Part shown: one piece after another, positions 50,011 through 59,808 of the stretch
How positions within the stretch are numbered: position 1 is the first letter of the stretch
Layout: every line of letters begins with the position of its first letter
Sequence record: NC_048668.1
Length of the DNA: 64,000 nucleotides
Strand: one strand, 5' to 3'
Translations under genes and position numbers: made by a program
Notes under the pieces: generated by a model
What the model was told of the DNA's origin: nothing
Seen by the model: the letters and a program-made list of their open reading frames with translations, nothing else
Database searches by the model: none

Positions 50011-51758
50011 TTGGGTGTTTATCTGTTAAATCCGGACTATGACAGGGATATCGCAGCTCTGCCTCGTCCTCCAATTATCCTCAATGATATCGACCCGGCG
50101 CATTATGAAGGTACTGATCCAGTCAAAGAACTGACCATGACCGAATATAGCGACGACTTCATTGAGACATTACCGGCGTGTGAGTGTGGCCACACCCATG
50201 GTCGGTATAATTCATCGAACGACCCAAGTATCCCTAACACGGTATGTCCGAAATGTCAGACTGAAGTGATGAGCCCAATCGATCGAGGGTTTAAATCTTC
50301 TGTGTGGCTGAGAGCACCTAACGGTGTTCGTGCGTTCATCCGTATCAATGCGTTGGTCATGTTGCTGAAGAACTTCACCCAGGAGAACTTCTCGGCAATT
50401 GAATGGCTCTGTAACACCAAATATAAGCCAACCAACGATACCAGTGCCACGTTCCGTCGGTTCAAAGAACTGAACATCCCTCGTGGCTATAATCACTTTA
50501 TCGAGAACTTCGATGACATCCTGGGAGCGATGGTGGATAGTAAGATATTCAAGCCATCTGCTAACCGTAACGATGCGTTGGTGTATTTCGATAAGTTCAG
50601 GGATCTCCTGTTCCCAACTGTCCTCCCACTACCATCTCGCCGGTCTATCATCACGGAGCTTAGTAACAAAACTCGGTTCTGTGCTGAAGGCTATGCAGAT
50701 GTCGTCGATGCTGCACGAGCTATTTACAGCTTGGTCGGTAAAGATGAACCGCGTTATCAAGTGACTAAGGAATATCACGTATTCCGAGCACTGATGATGT
50801 TGGTGAAGTATCGGGAATATATCGACAAGAACATCCTGGGTAAGAAAGAAGGCTGGTTCCGTAAACAGATCTATGGATCTCGTACCGGGCCAACTTATCG
50901 TGGCGTAGTAACGTCTATCGCGGGATCTCACGACTATGAAGAAATGCATATGCCGTGGGGGATTGCGTTAGGGGTTTATCACACCCACTTGATCGGAAAG
51001 TTAGTTCGTCGCGGATTCACCATCCAAGACTCTGAGGATCTACTGATCTCTTCAGTAGGGCGTTATAATCCACTGATCTCCACACTGCTGGATGAGCTGA
51101 TTGACGAATCTCCGTTTACGACAATTAGTGGTAAACGTGGACTGCCTCAGTTGCTGGGTCGAAATCCAACGTTGAACTTACGTTCGATTCAGAACCTGTT
51201 TGTCACCAAAATCAAAAGGGACGTGCACGACAATACTATCGGCCTATCGCTGCTAGTGCTGAAGGCTCCGAACTGTGACTTCGACGGTAGAAGTAACCCA
51301 ACTAAGTTGCCGTCTTAAAACTCCTTTAACTGCTGGGAACTCTTGCTAGGTAGATTGGCTACAACGTAACTGGAAACGGTAAGCGTGAATGCTTGAAAAC
51401 AATCTAATAGAGACAATCAGCATCCAAGCTCCTGTAAAATGGAGAAGGTTCAACGACTATCGAAAGCACGTAACACGGATGTGGTAAACGTAGTGAGTAG
51501 AGTAGGGGAAACCCGAAACGGGGAGCACTTGAACGATTCAAGTGAAGATATAGTCTGTTAAGTACTCGGTGCATTTAGCCGAGGGACATGTTGGGCGGGA
51601 TGCCTATCCTGAGTAAGGCGGATTATCATCGTGTGCGCAAATTAGCTCCTCACACGGGTACATTCGATCTGAACAAACCGCACGCCTTGAACAACAATAT
51701 GGCGTTGGGTGCTCCGGTAAGGGCTACGATAAACAACTACCTTCACAGGAGGAAGTAA
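50011..51758 (+). CDS. non-virion RNA polymerase beta-prime N-terminal subunit (phiKZ gp55-like), spliced join(50011..51288,51585..51758), 483 aa
   Basis: Zn-binding CECG/CPKC, RNPTL, catalytic NCDFDG|D restored by splicing; exon 2 DMLGGMPIL...LAPH ends at TAA 51756-51758. Confidence 0.9.
51289..51584 (+). mobile_element. group I intron (IA-type), 296 nt, no ORF
   Basis: P1 exon GACGGU pairs with IGS GCCGUC (51309-14) with U.G at the splice site; P aactgctgggaa, Q aatcagca, R gttcaacgacta, S aagatatagtct, P8 and P9 hairpins, terminal G. Confidence 0.92.
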
Positions 51759-52379
51759 TTGAAAATTTCTATAGTTAGCGGAGACGAGCGATCGTTCCGA
51801 GCGGCTGCGTTCGGGATGCCTGATCGTGACTCCGTAGAGCGGACATATTCTCGTCTGGAAGAATTCAGTCGTGGGTTGTCTTCTCGGGCAAGGGAAGGTC
51901 TGGAGCGTACTCGTGGGTTGATTGAATCCATGTATGACGATACGGTGCGTAACTCGCTGCGTATTCTGGGCCGGGTTAAACGCGGGCTGTTCCGTGATGA
52001 CGTTATCCAGTTCTTGGATGATCAGACAGAAATTGCCACAGCACCGATGACCATGCGTCGTTGGATTCTGGCGCACCCATTCATCCGTAGTCGTTATGAT
52101 ACCCAGTCCATTGATGCTTGGGGTAGTAAACCCGGTCAGTGGGATCTGGAAGGTAAAGGCTATGAAGATCTCTTCTATCGTGCAGCGACCAATGGTCTGG
52201 CAACGAAGAACGAGAAAGGTGAATGGTGGAGCGAATATACGTTTGGCGGTTGTTCTGTTCCTGGTGCGGGTACTATCTCTCTGGAAGAGCAGATGGATAT
52301 CCTGGCTACCTGGGATATTATTGACGACTGCATCGCAGACGGAATCGATCCGACTTCAGTAATGAAAGAGCGTCTTTAA
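51759..52379 (+). CDS. conserved phiKZ-family hypothetical protein
   Basis: TTG directly after the exon-2 stop; MRRWILAHP and DGIDPTS motifs. Confidence 0.75.
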   Translation: MKISIVSGDERSFRAAAFGMPDRDSVERTYSRLEEFSRGLSSRAREGLERTRGLIESMYDDTVRNSLRILGRVKRGLFRDDVIQFLDDQTEIATAPMTMRRWILAHPFIRSRYDTQSIDAWGSKPGQWDLEGKGYEDLFYRAATNGLATKNEKGEWWSEYTFGGCSVPGAGTISLEEQMDILATWDIIDDCIADGIDPTSVMKERL

Positions 52380-52461
52380 TAGACGAAGAAGAGGGGCGTT
52401 TGCTCCTCTTCTTTTTTTGTTCGAATTCTATGGACAAGTAATCATTCATTAGGAGTTCTAG

Positions 52462-52857
52462 ATGGCAACTGTACATGCCTCTTTAAACGGGTACGGTTAC
52501 ACCAAAGACCCAACTATCATTGCCGATGAGTTATTCGGCGAGAGCATCTATAGCAGGCGCTCTCAGACCGAGATCTACTTCGGGAAGATCGTCTCCTTGG
52601 ACGACATGATTCGACAATTCAGCGATCGACCTACTGAGCTTTGTAAGGAGTTGGAAGATCAATACACTGAGTTGTTTGGTCGTCACTTTGTGGACGTACG
52701 GGTTCAGGCTACTTCCGAGGAGCCTGAAGGTAAAGACACTTTCAACGTAGTGTTAAAAATTAGATATCTGCGAGATGGTATACGGTACGACTTCGCGCGT
52801 GTCATCGAGCACTACGATGGCGTCGTTAAAGAGATTACAAGGATACTTGACAAATGA
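52462..52857 (+). CDS. conserved hypothetical protein
   Basis: RBS AGGAG; core-block position. Confidence 0.75.
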   Translation: MATVHASLNGYGYTKDPTIIADELFGESIYSRRSQTEIYFGKIVSLDDMIRQFSDRPTELCKELEDQYTELFGRHFVDVRVQATSEEPEGKDTFNVVLKIRYLRDGIRYDFARVIEHYDGVVKEITRILDK

Positions 52858-53417
52858 CCGATCTCACTCCTCCAATTCCTCAGGAAGATACCAGATTCCT
52901 GGATGCGATCTTAGACTGGAGCGAAGCCTCCATCGGATCCATCGATAAAGAAACATTTGCCCGTACCTGGCTACCTGCCTTGACCAGCGAAGATAAAGTT
53001 ATTCGTGAAAACGCCTGGCGTGCCTGGGAAGCTGACGTTGCCAAAAGCTTTTCCTTGCCGGTCTATGTTACCGAAGACGGCGAACGTAAGTGGTTAGTTC
53101 CTCCTGTCATCGGCACCATTAACTCGGGTTACACTGCCAACCCAATGTCAGTAAATACTCAGAACCAGATGGTAGCAACTATGCGTAACCGTCTGCTCGC
53201 CAACGGCGACATTGCCCAGGACAAAATGTTCGAGGGTATCGCCAATGCAGATGGCACTGCCGCAGATATCAATAAGTTCTATCAGCTGAACTGGTTTGTT
53301 ATTCTCCGTGACTTCGGTCACCTGAAAGATGAATCTGGAAAGGCGGTTGCTGCTACTAATGTAGAAGCGGCTAATGGTAGTGATGATGTCTACGAAGAAG
53401 ATGAGTATGATTTCTGA
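52854..53417 (+). CDS. conserved hypothetical protein
   Basis: ATGA-coupled; acidic tail. Confidence 0.75.
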   Translation: MTDLTPPIPQEDTRFLDAILDWSEASIGSIDKETFARTWLPALTSEDKVIRENAWRAWEADVAKSFSLPVYVTEDGERKWLVPPVIGTINSGYTANPMSVNTQNQMVATMRNRLLANGDIAQDKMFEGIANADGTAADINKFYQLNWFVILRDFGHLKDESGKAVAATNVEAANGSDDVYEEDEYDF

Positions 53418-54531
53418 CGAAAAAGGCCTGCGTATTGGGCTCGTCAGTGATGTTCACTTTTTCCATAAACGGACTCGGTCGCCACGTATGTTGGCGGCCA
53501 TCCGTCGTCTATTTCCGGATAATGACGAAACGGGAGAATTAGACATCATTGCGATTACCGGTGACTGGACAGATCACTTGGTATCGTTAGATGATCCCGA
53601 TGTATATTTCGCCCAGGAAGCGGCGATTTACTTGATGCGACTCTGTGCCAAACGGGACATTGACCTTATCGTCCTGGAAGGTACCAAATCACATGACCGA
53701 AACCAAAACATCATGTTCGACAAATTGAACAAGATACTGGAATTAGGTTGTAACGTTATCTACCGAGACACGCTGTGTATTGAGTATCTGGAAAAGCATG
53801 GGATTAACATTCTGTTCTTACCTGATGAATGGTCGCCTAATGCTGAGGTTACTCTGCAACAGGCCAAAGACTTGATTCACTCTCGTGGCTTGGCAAAAGT
53901 TGACTTTGTCTTTATGCATGGCGGATTCACTTACCAATTACCCGGCATCCCATCTCCAGCGTTGCACGACGCAGTAGCATGGAGTGAGTTAGTTGAGTAT
54001 GCGGTATTTAGTGGACACATTCACACTCACTCTCGTTATCTTAACGTCATGTCCGTAGGCTCTCTGGAGCGCCTTGGGCACGGCGAAGAAGAAAACAAGG
54101 GCGTAGTCTACATGACCTATGCAAATGGGCGTGAGACGGACTACGTGCGTAAATTCAACCATGATGCTAGGATTTACCGTACTCTTGATGTTCAGGGTAT
54201 GGAGATCAATGACGTCTTACAGATTATTGATTCAGAGGGGCCATGGGAACCGGGTTCTGCGATTCGTCTTCTGTTCGATCCTGAAGATCCTAAGATGGCT
54301 ATAATGGAGGCGGTAAAAGCAATATACGGAGATATTGAGTTTACTGAGAAAGTCAACGGTAAGAAGTTAAAAACAATGCATCGTGGTACTGCGTTTGTCC
54401 AGCAGAAATACGTAGCTACGCCGATTACTCGTGCAAACGTATCTTCTCTTTTAGAGAAGCGCTGGTCTGATCGTGGTACTGATTCAGCAACCATCGAAGA
54501 ACATCTTGATTTGGTAAGGGGACTTTTGTGA
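53401..54531 (+). CDS. SbcD/Mre11-like metallophosphoesterase nuclease
   Basis: SDVH, GDWTD, GTKSHD, MHG and GHIH motifs. Confidence 0.85.
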   Translation: MSMISDEKGLRIGLVSDVHFFHKRTRSPRMLAAIRRLFPDNDETGELDIIAITGDWTDHLVSLDDPDVYFAQEAAIYLMRLCAKRDIDLIVLEGTKSHDRNQNIMFDKLNKILELGCNVIYRDTLCIEYLEKHGINILFLPDEWSPNAEVTLQQAKDLIHSRGLAKVDFVFMHGGFTYQLPGIPSPALHDAVAWSELVEYAVFSGHIHTHSRYLNVMSVGSLERLGHGEEENKGVVYMTYANGRETDYVRKFNHDARIYRTLDVQGMEINDVLQIIDSEGPWEPGSAIRLLFDPEDPKMAIMEAVKAIYGDIEFTEKVNGKKLKTMHRGTAFVQQKYVATPITRANVSSLLEKRWSDRGTDSATIEEHLDLVRGLL

Positions 54532-54932
54532 AGGCAATTGTTAGAAACTCAATGGAGGTCACCGTAGACAATACGGTGCCTTATATCCTACTTTTGGCTT
54601 TGTCGCCTGTATTAGGACTTATCGCTAAGGTAACGTTCTGGTCGTTTTACGGCGGCTCCAGTATTTTGATCTTCGGGGCAGGTGTTGGGTTAATCGTTCA
54701 CTGGTGTTCGTGGGTGATGACTAACACTACTGAGAACGACGGTATCCCTGGCTGGTTAGCTGGGGTAATGTCTTACCTGGCTGTCAGTATTGGTTTTGTT
54801 CTGATCAACTGGGGACTCCACCTTATCGACTACAGAGTACGAGTTGATACAGCTAACGCGTCTATCGTCTGTCTGTTAGCGGCATCTGCCGTACCGTTGA
54901 TTCGCTTATGGTTCGATAAACGAAAAGGGTAA
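54528..54932 (+). CDS. four-TM membrane protein
   Basis: Four hydrophobic segments; basic C-terminus. Confidence 0.7.
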   Translation: MKAIVRNSMEVTVDNTVPYILLLALSPVLGLIAKVTFWSFYGGSSILIFGAGVGLIVHWCSWVMTNTTENDGIPGWLAGVMSYLAVSIGFVLINWGLHLIDYRVRVDTANASIVCLLAASAVPLIRLWFDKRKG

Positions 54933-54935
54933 GTT

Positions 54936-55760
54936 ATGAACGCATACGACGTCCTTTCTCAGCGGGCTGTCGGCGAACTTCCGATTTCTATAGGCACGGC
55001 TCTAGCTCTTGAGGGGCTAGAGAAAAACATTAGCGCTGGTGATTCTGGTAATCAGCGCTATGGTGCTTTGTGGATTAACATTCGCACGCTGTACCGTAAC
55101 ATCTACGAATCGGTGGAGAATATCCGCCGACCTTTATTAACGCCAAAAGCAATTGCGGATACATTGATCGAAGAAGTTCAGTATATTCGTCGTTTTGCTA
55201 GCGGTAAGATTGACCACGTTCAGTTGTACCACCGTGAGTACGCAGATCTACTTCGTCGGTTCCCGAAAGCGTACATTAAGGTTCCTAATACCCCATTGCA
55301 AAAACAATACGATGCGTTCATGAACAAGACACTGGACATTGTCATTGCTCGTGATGTCGACCAAAGTATTGAATGGGATAAGGGATCAATATTGCGCGGT
55401 GAGCCTACCAAAGCGTTGATCATTACTCACTACCCGGTTGACTTACTTTCTCGTACCAAGTTCACTCAGCTACGTTTGCTGGAGTCGTACACGGCTGCGA
55501 TTAAGTCTAAGTCACAATGGAACACGAAGTTGACAGAAGGTAAGAACCTCAAGAACATGCCTTTCAACGATTTCACTATTCAGGTGTTTGGCGATGGCCC
55601 GACGCAGTTCTTGCGTATGCCAATTGCAATTCGCCGAGCGGTTATCGATTGTGCAATTAAGTACAAATGGACACCGATGACCACCACTGAAAAGATCCGT
55701 CAGAACATCCAATGGATACCTGACAAATCGATCGTAGAGCTACTCAGAGAGGCTCTCTAG
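54936..55760 (+). CDS. conserved phiKZ-family core protein (possible nuclease-like fold)
   Basis: PISIGT.LALE, INIRTLYRN, THYPVDLL, LLESYT motifs. Confidence 0.7.
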   Translation: MNAYDVLSQRAVGELPISIGTALALEGLEKNISAGDSGNQRYGALWINIRTLYRNIYESVENIRRPLLTPKAIADTLIEEVQYIRRFASGKIDHVQLYHREYADLLRRFPKAYIKVPNTPLQKQYDAFMNKTLDIVIARDVDQSIEWDKGSILRGEPTKALIITHYPVDLLSRTKFTQLRLLESYTAAIKSKSQWNTKLTEGKNLKNMPFNDFTIQVFGDGPTQFLRMPIAIRRAVIDCAIKYKWTPMTTTEKIRQNIQWIPDKSIVELLREAL

Positions 55761-55837
55761 TAGTATTTTACGCCGGCTCTAGTGATATGAGCCAACTTAC
55801 AAATTTATCTTCAAACCGAATATTAAGGGTTTACCAA

Positions 55838-56629
55838 ATGGCAGAACAAAAGTCTTATAGCCTGGGTCGTCGCGAACGTGCACTCGATGATTGGGCATGT
55901 CGCCTGTTTGCTCCGGCTACTCAAAGCAGCGATGGTAAAGAACCATTCCTGTTTATTGATTTCCGCTACAATCATCAGGATAAAGTTCGTGATATCCAGA
56001 TGGGTGTAAACCTGCGCAAAGGCGGTAAAGACGGTAAGATCGACTTCTTCCCTAACCTGGTTCAGTTCAACGCGCTGTGCGAAGCTATCCGCATGGTAGC
56101 TAACGACCAGATCCCTGACGGTATGGTCAAAATGGAAGTCATGACTACGTTCATGTTCGGTAAGAAACTGGATCGTCCAGAAACCGAATTCATGATCGTG
56201 GTCGGGAAAGACCAGGAAGGCGTATTCATCGGGATCACTCAGAAAGGTCGCGATAACGTGAAGTTCTACTTCACGGGTCCACGCATGACCATTCTGCGAA
56301 ACCGTGCAGGTGAAGTGTTCGATAATTCGGTCACCAGCAAAATCTTCGCCATCGCTCGTGCGAACATGTGGGAAAGCCACATCAACTATCTGATGCAAAG
56401 CGCATACCTGGACGCTCCTGAACTGGAGCAAGCAAAGGAAGCGAAGAAACGCGCCAACCAAGCACGCTTCAGCCAGAACCAAGGTCGCCAGGGCGGTGGC
56501 GGAAATTCATGGGGCGGAAATGGTGGTGGTAACGGCGGTGGCAATAGCTGGGGTGGCGGTGGCCAACAACAGCAACAACAATCTGCTCCTCCGGCCGATG
56601 GCGGCTTTGATAACGACATTCCGTGGTAA
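55838..56629 (+). CDS. chmC: probable ChmC nucleus-associated RNA/ssDNA-binding protein
   Basis: Directly upstream of the gp68-like gene; Gly/Asn/Gln-rich tail ending DNDIPW; assignment by synteny. Confidence 0.6.
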   Translation: MAEQKSYSLGRRERALDDWACRLFAPATQSSDGKEPFLFIDFRYNHQDKVRDIQMGVNLRKGGKDGKIDFFPNLVQFNALCEAIRMVANDQIPDGMVKMEVMTTFMFGKKLDRPETEFMIVVGKDQEGVFIGITQKGRDNVKFYFTGPRMTILRNRAGEVFDNSVTSKIFAIARANMWESHINYLMQSAYLDAPELEQAKEAKKRANQARFSQNQGRQGGGGNSWGGNGGGNGGGNSWGGGGQQQQQQSAPPADGGFDNDIPW

Positions 56630-56686
56630 TACGGTAAAGCTGCTGAGGGCTACTTGCCCTCAGCAGTCTCTACTATTTTTCACGTA

Positions 56687-56704
56687 TATATTACCTAATT
56701 GATA
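56687..56704 (+). promoter_or_regulatory. early promoter TATATTAC-N5-TGATA
   Basis: tatattacctaattgata. Confidence 0.8.
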
Positions 56705-56732
56705 ACAAACCAAATGGTCTACAGGAGACTTC

Positions 56733-58250
56733 ATGGAAATCTATTTTGATCCGGAAATCGACGAGAAACAAAAGCTCGTTTTGATGGGACATCCCGGAGA
56801 AGAACCGTTGGTCTGGGACATGCGTTATTACAAGAAGGTAAACGCGGAAATGTTCCGGGACATCAACGATTTCTGGCGGTGGCGTCCAGAAGAAGAACAG
56901 GCTGCGATCTTCCAGGCGTTCAGGAATATCCGCGATGTGCTCGGTGTAGTATTCGATCCAAACGTTCTGTTCAGTATCATCAACAAGGAAGTCATTAAGA
57001 TCGCGAAGTATCATCCGATCGACCTGGTTGATCACTGGGTAAGAACGCGTTCTCAGATTCGTTTTCCGGATAACCTGAAAGACGAAATGGATGATCGTGA
57101 CCGGCCTGAGCAAACGTATCTGCGTGACGACTATCGTCAGCTGACGTCTCTGTCGGTAATCCTGAAGTTCATGTTGCCGATCTGGTCTGAGTATACCATG
57201 CTCAAACTGGGGTTGCGTGAGAACCAGCAGGAAGTAGTATCCATGGCGTTGCTGCAACGTAGTGGTATTGAAGAGAGTGCTCCATTCCAGCGGTTCCGTG
57301 TATTCGTGGATTATATCGCATCGGATAACGATCCGGGTATGAGAAACATTCTCGAAGGTATCGGGACGTTGGACATGCCAGAGTGGATCTTCAGTCTGAT
57401 GATGGTAGAACGACTGGCGGCTGCAGTAGTGTCTCACAACGACGACGCGAACAAAGAGCAAACGGTTAACCTGATCTCTACGCTCTGGGCACAAACTCGA
57501 GCTAAACTGAGTCCTGACCAGAACCGTAAGAAAGGGGATGTTCGTCCTAAGACGTTTACGTCGGCGAACGGTAGCGAAGAAGACAACTCGTCTACAGCGG
57601 AAAGTTATAAACCCAAGGAACGTATCAGTGATGGTACTCGAATTGAGTTCGACTATTCTGCAGCAGATGCGGCGTTGATGGGTCGTCGGTTGATGAACGA
57701 TATCGATCTGGATCTGTTGAAACGACTGGTTCGTCGTAACTCGCTTCGTAAGTATTTCAACCCGACCGAAGAGCAAGTTAAGTTAACGGCACTGACGTTA
57801 GCGAAAATTAACCCGACTCGTGCAATGCCTCACACCGATCGTACCGGTGCGATTAACATGCTGTCGGTAGCTCAGACCTATCTGCATCAGAAAGGGTTCT
57901 CTACTCTGGCTGATCTGTTAGGTGCAAGTCGTGGTGAGCCGTGTAATACGATCTCTGGTAGCGAGCAGATCAAAGATCACCACAAAACTATACTGGCAAC
58001 CATCTATCCATATCGTCGCCAAGTAAAAGCGGGTACTGGCTCTAAGACGGTATTGAAAGATCCGGGCACAATCGCCATTGAAACATTAACAAGTAAATTC
58101 GCAGGCTATTATTGGTATCGTGATACTGATGACGTCATTGCGGAAAGCTCCAAGATGGTTATTCGGGAAGGCGGTATGGTTATCCCTAGTGATATCCGAC
58201 TGATCCTGGCTGACTTCATCATTGCATTAAACGGCCCAACTGGCCTGTAA
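56733..58250 (+). CDS. nvRNAP promoter-specificity subunit (phiKZ gp68-like)
   Basis: 505 aa; early promoter; synteny in the gp67-gp73 block. Confidence 0.7.
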   Translation: MEIYFDPEIDEKQKLVLMGHPGEEPLVWDMRYYKKVNAEMFRDINDFWRWRPEEEQAAIFQAFRNIRDVLGVVFDPNVLFSIINKEVIKIAKYHPIDLVDHWVRTRSQIRFPDNLKDEMDDRDRPEQTYLRDDYRQLTSLSVILKFMLPIWSEYTMLKLGLRENQQEVVSMALLQRSGIEESAPFQRFRVFVDYIASDNDPGMRNILEGIGTLDMPEWIFSLMMVERLAAAVVSHNDDANKEQTVNLISTLWAQTRAKLSPDQNRKKGDVRPKTFTSANGSEEDNSSTAESYKPKERISDGTRIEFDYSAADAALMGRRLMNDIDLDLLKRLVRRNSLRKYFNPTEEQVKLTALTLAKINPTRAMPHTDRTGAINMLSVAQTYLHQKGFSTLADLLGASRGEPCNTISGSEQIKDHHKTILATIYPYRRQVKAGTGSKTVLKDPGTIAIETLTSKFAGYYWYRDTDDVIAESSKMVIREGGMVIPSDIRLILADFIIALNGPTGL

Positions 58251-58282
58251 AATAAATCGACTAAGAAAAGGAAAGACAATAA

Positions 58283-59776
58283 ATGAAACCTCAAGTTATC
58301 GACGCAATCTTCTTCGAATCTTCTAACTACGATGATCAGTTCTCTCGTTCTTTCGATACTCACTTCGACGGAGATGTATCGAATGACCTGTTGCGTAACA
58401 CCAGCAATGGTCGTAACTTGTCACCGACTGCATTGTCCCGCTCTGTGGGTTCTGCGATCACGATGCAATCTCGTCACCGTGGCGAAATCGTAATCCCAGG
58501 CGGCTGGGGCGAAAAACGTCTCAGTTTCATCATCACTGTACTGATCGACGATTATAATGGTCGTAGTCGTCGTCAGGTATTGACTGGCTATACTGACTAT
58601 AACGGCGTGTCTCGTGTAAGTGGTTCTCTGGATGATGAGATGTTGCTGTATGTCAACAACTCTACCACAATCGCAGATACCGTGTTCAGCACCGGTCGTG
58701 GTAATACTCGCCGTTCTCGTATTGAGAGCAACGATTACATCATCCGACCAAACGCACTGCGTAACGACCGTACTCGTCGTCTGGGCTTTGACGAACCTGA
58801 ACGTCTGCTTCGTCCAAACGATATCTTCAATAACCGTTCTATTGCAGAACAAACACGCTTCCTGGGCGGTAGTGACGAAATCATCGATACTCGTGGCGAT
58901 CTCGGTAACGAAATCAAACTGGGTCGTCGTACTGATAACAATGCGTCCAACTATCTGTCTCGCGTTCTTCGTGCAGGGATCATGGCTGAAACTAACACTC
59001 AGCCGGAGTTCAATGTCGAATCTCGTTTTGCGGCAGAAGAGCTGACTCCAGCGGAACATGCAGCAGCGGCAACTATGCCGAACGATATCGGTTCAAACAC
59101 ACTGTTCATGGAATTCCTGGCCAGCTGTGATTTCGGCGTAAGTGGTTCCATCACTCTGCGTGAGTTTGCAGACTGCACCGATTGGGATGAGCGTGCAACG
59201 CGCTTCATCGATGCCGGCGAAGTGGGTAAACGTGGCTATACTGGTTACGAACGTGGTCGTGGTAGCGACTGGAAAGGCTCTGACCGTAAGACCATCGCAG
59301 CATCTATCATCGCGCAATCTGTTCCGGCGTTGATGATGCAACACTTCATCTCCGATGCTATCATTAAGATCACTAATGATACATTGACTGGTGAAATGAA
59401 AGCGCTGGTAGAAGGTCCTCGTGCAATGATCCCAGGTATGGACGTAACTCCATATCTGACTCCGCTGGAAGACCTGCTGGTTCTGCAAGTCGGCGAAGTG
59501 GTATCGCACAACAACCAAATGTTGATCGATGTTCAGATCGACTGTTCTGTCATTACCGATATCAAAATCACCATCAGCATTGAAGGTGATGAGGACGAAG
59601 AGTTCGTAGCTCCGTGCTTCTGTGATGGCCTGACTTCTCCGATGAAAACTCCTGACTACGATCAGGCAGCTAAGATCGGTAACGACCTGAGCGCAATCAT
59701 CGACGACGTCGTAGACCAAATGCGTGCTGAGACCGATGAGCCAACTCGCGACTACTTCGACCGCGACGGTTATTAA
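58283..59776 (+). CDS. picA: probable nuclear import factor PicA/Imp1 (phiKZ gp69-like)
   Basis: 497 aa immediately after the gp68-like gene; assignment by synteny and size. Confidence 0.6.
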   Translation: MKPQVIDAIFFESSNYDDQFSRSFDTHFDGDVSNDLLRNTSNGRNLSPTALSRSVGSAITMQSRHRGEIVIPGGWGEKRLSFIITVLIDDYNGRSRRQVLTGYTDYNGVSRVSGSLDDEMLLYVNNSTTIADTVFSTGRGNTRRSRIESNDYIIRPNALRNDRTRRLGFDEPERLLRPNDIFNNRSIAEQTRFLGGSDEIIDTRGDLGNEIKLGRRTDNNASNYLSRVLRAGIMAETNTQPEFNVESRFAAEELTPAEHAAAATMPNDIGSNTLFMEFLASCDFGVSGSITLREFADCTDWDERATRFIDAGEVGKRGYTGYERGRGSDWKGSDRKTIAASIIAQSVPALMMQHFISDAIIKITNDTLTGEMKALVEGPRAMIPGMDVTPYLTPLEDLLVLQVGEVVSHNNQMLIDVQIDCSVITDIKITISIEGDEDEEFVAPCFCDGLTSPMKTPDYDQAAKIGNDLSAIIDDVVDQMRAETDEPTRDYFDRDGY

Positions 59777-59808
59777 TCCAACCCAATTTTAAAAGAGAGT
59801 AAAGTATA

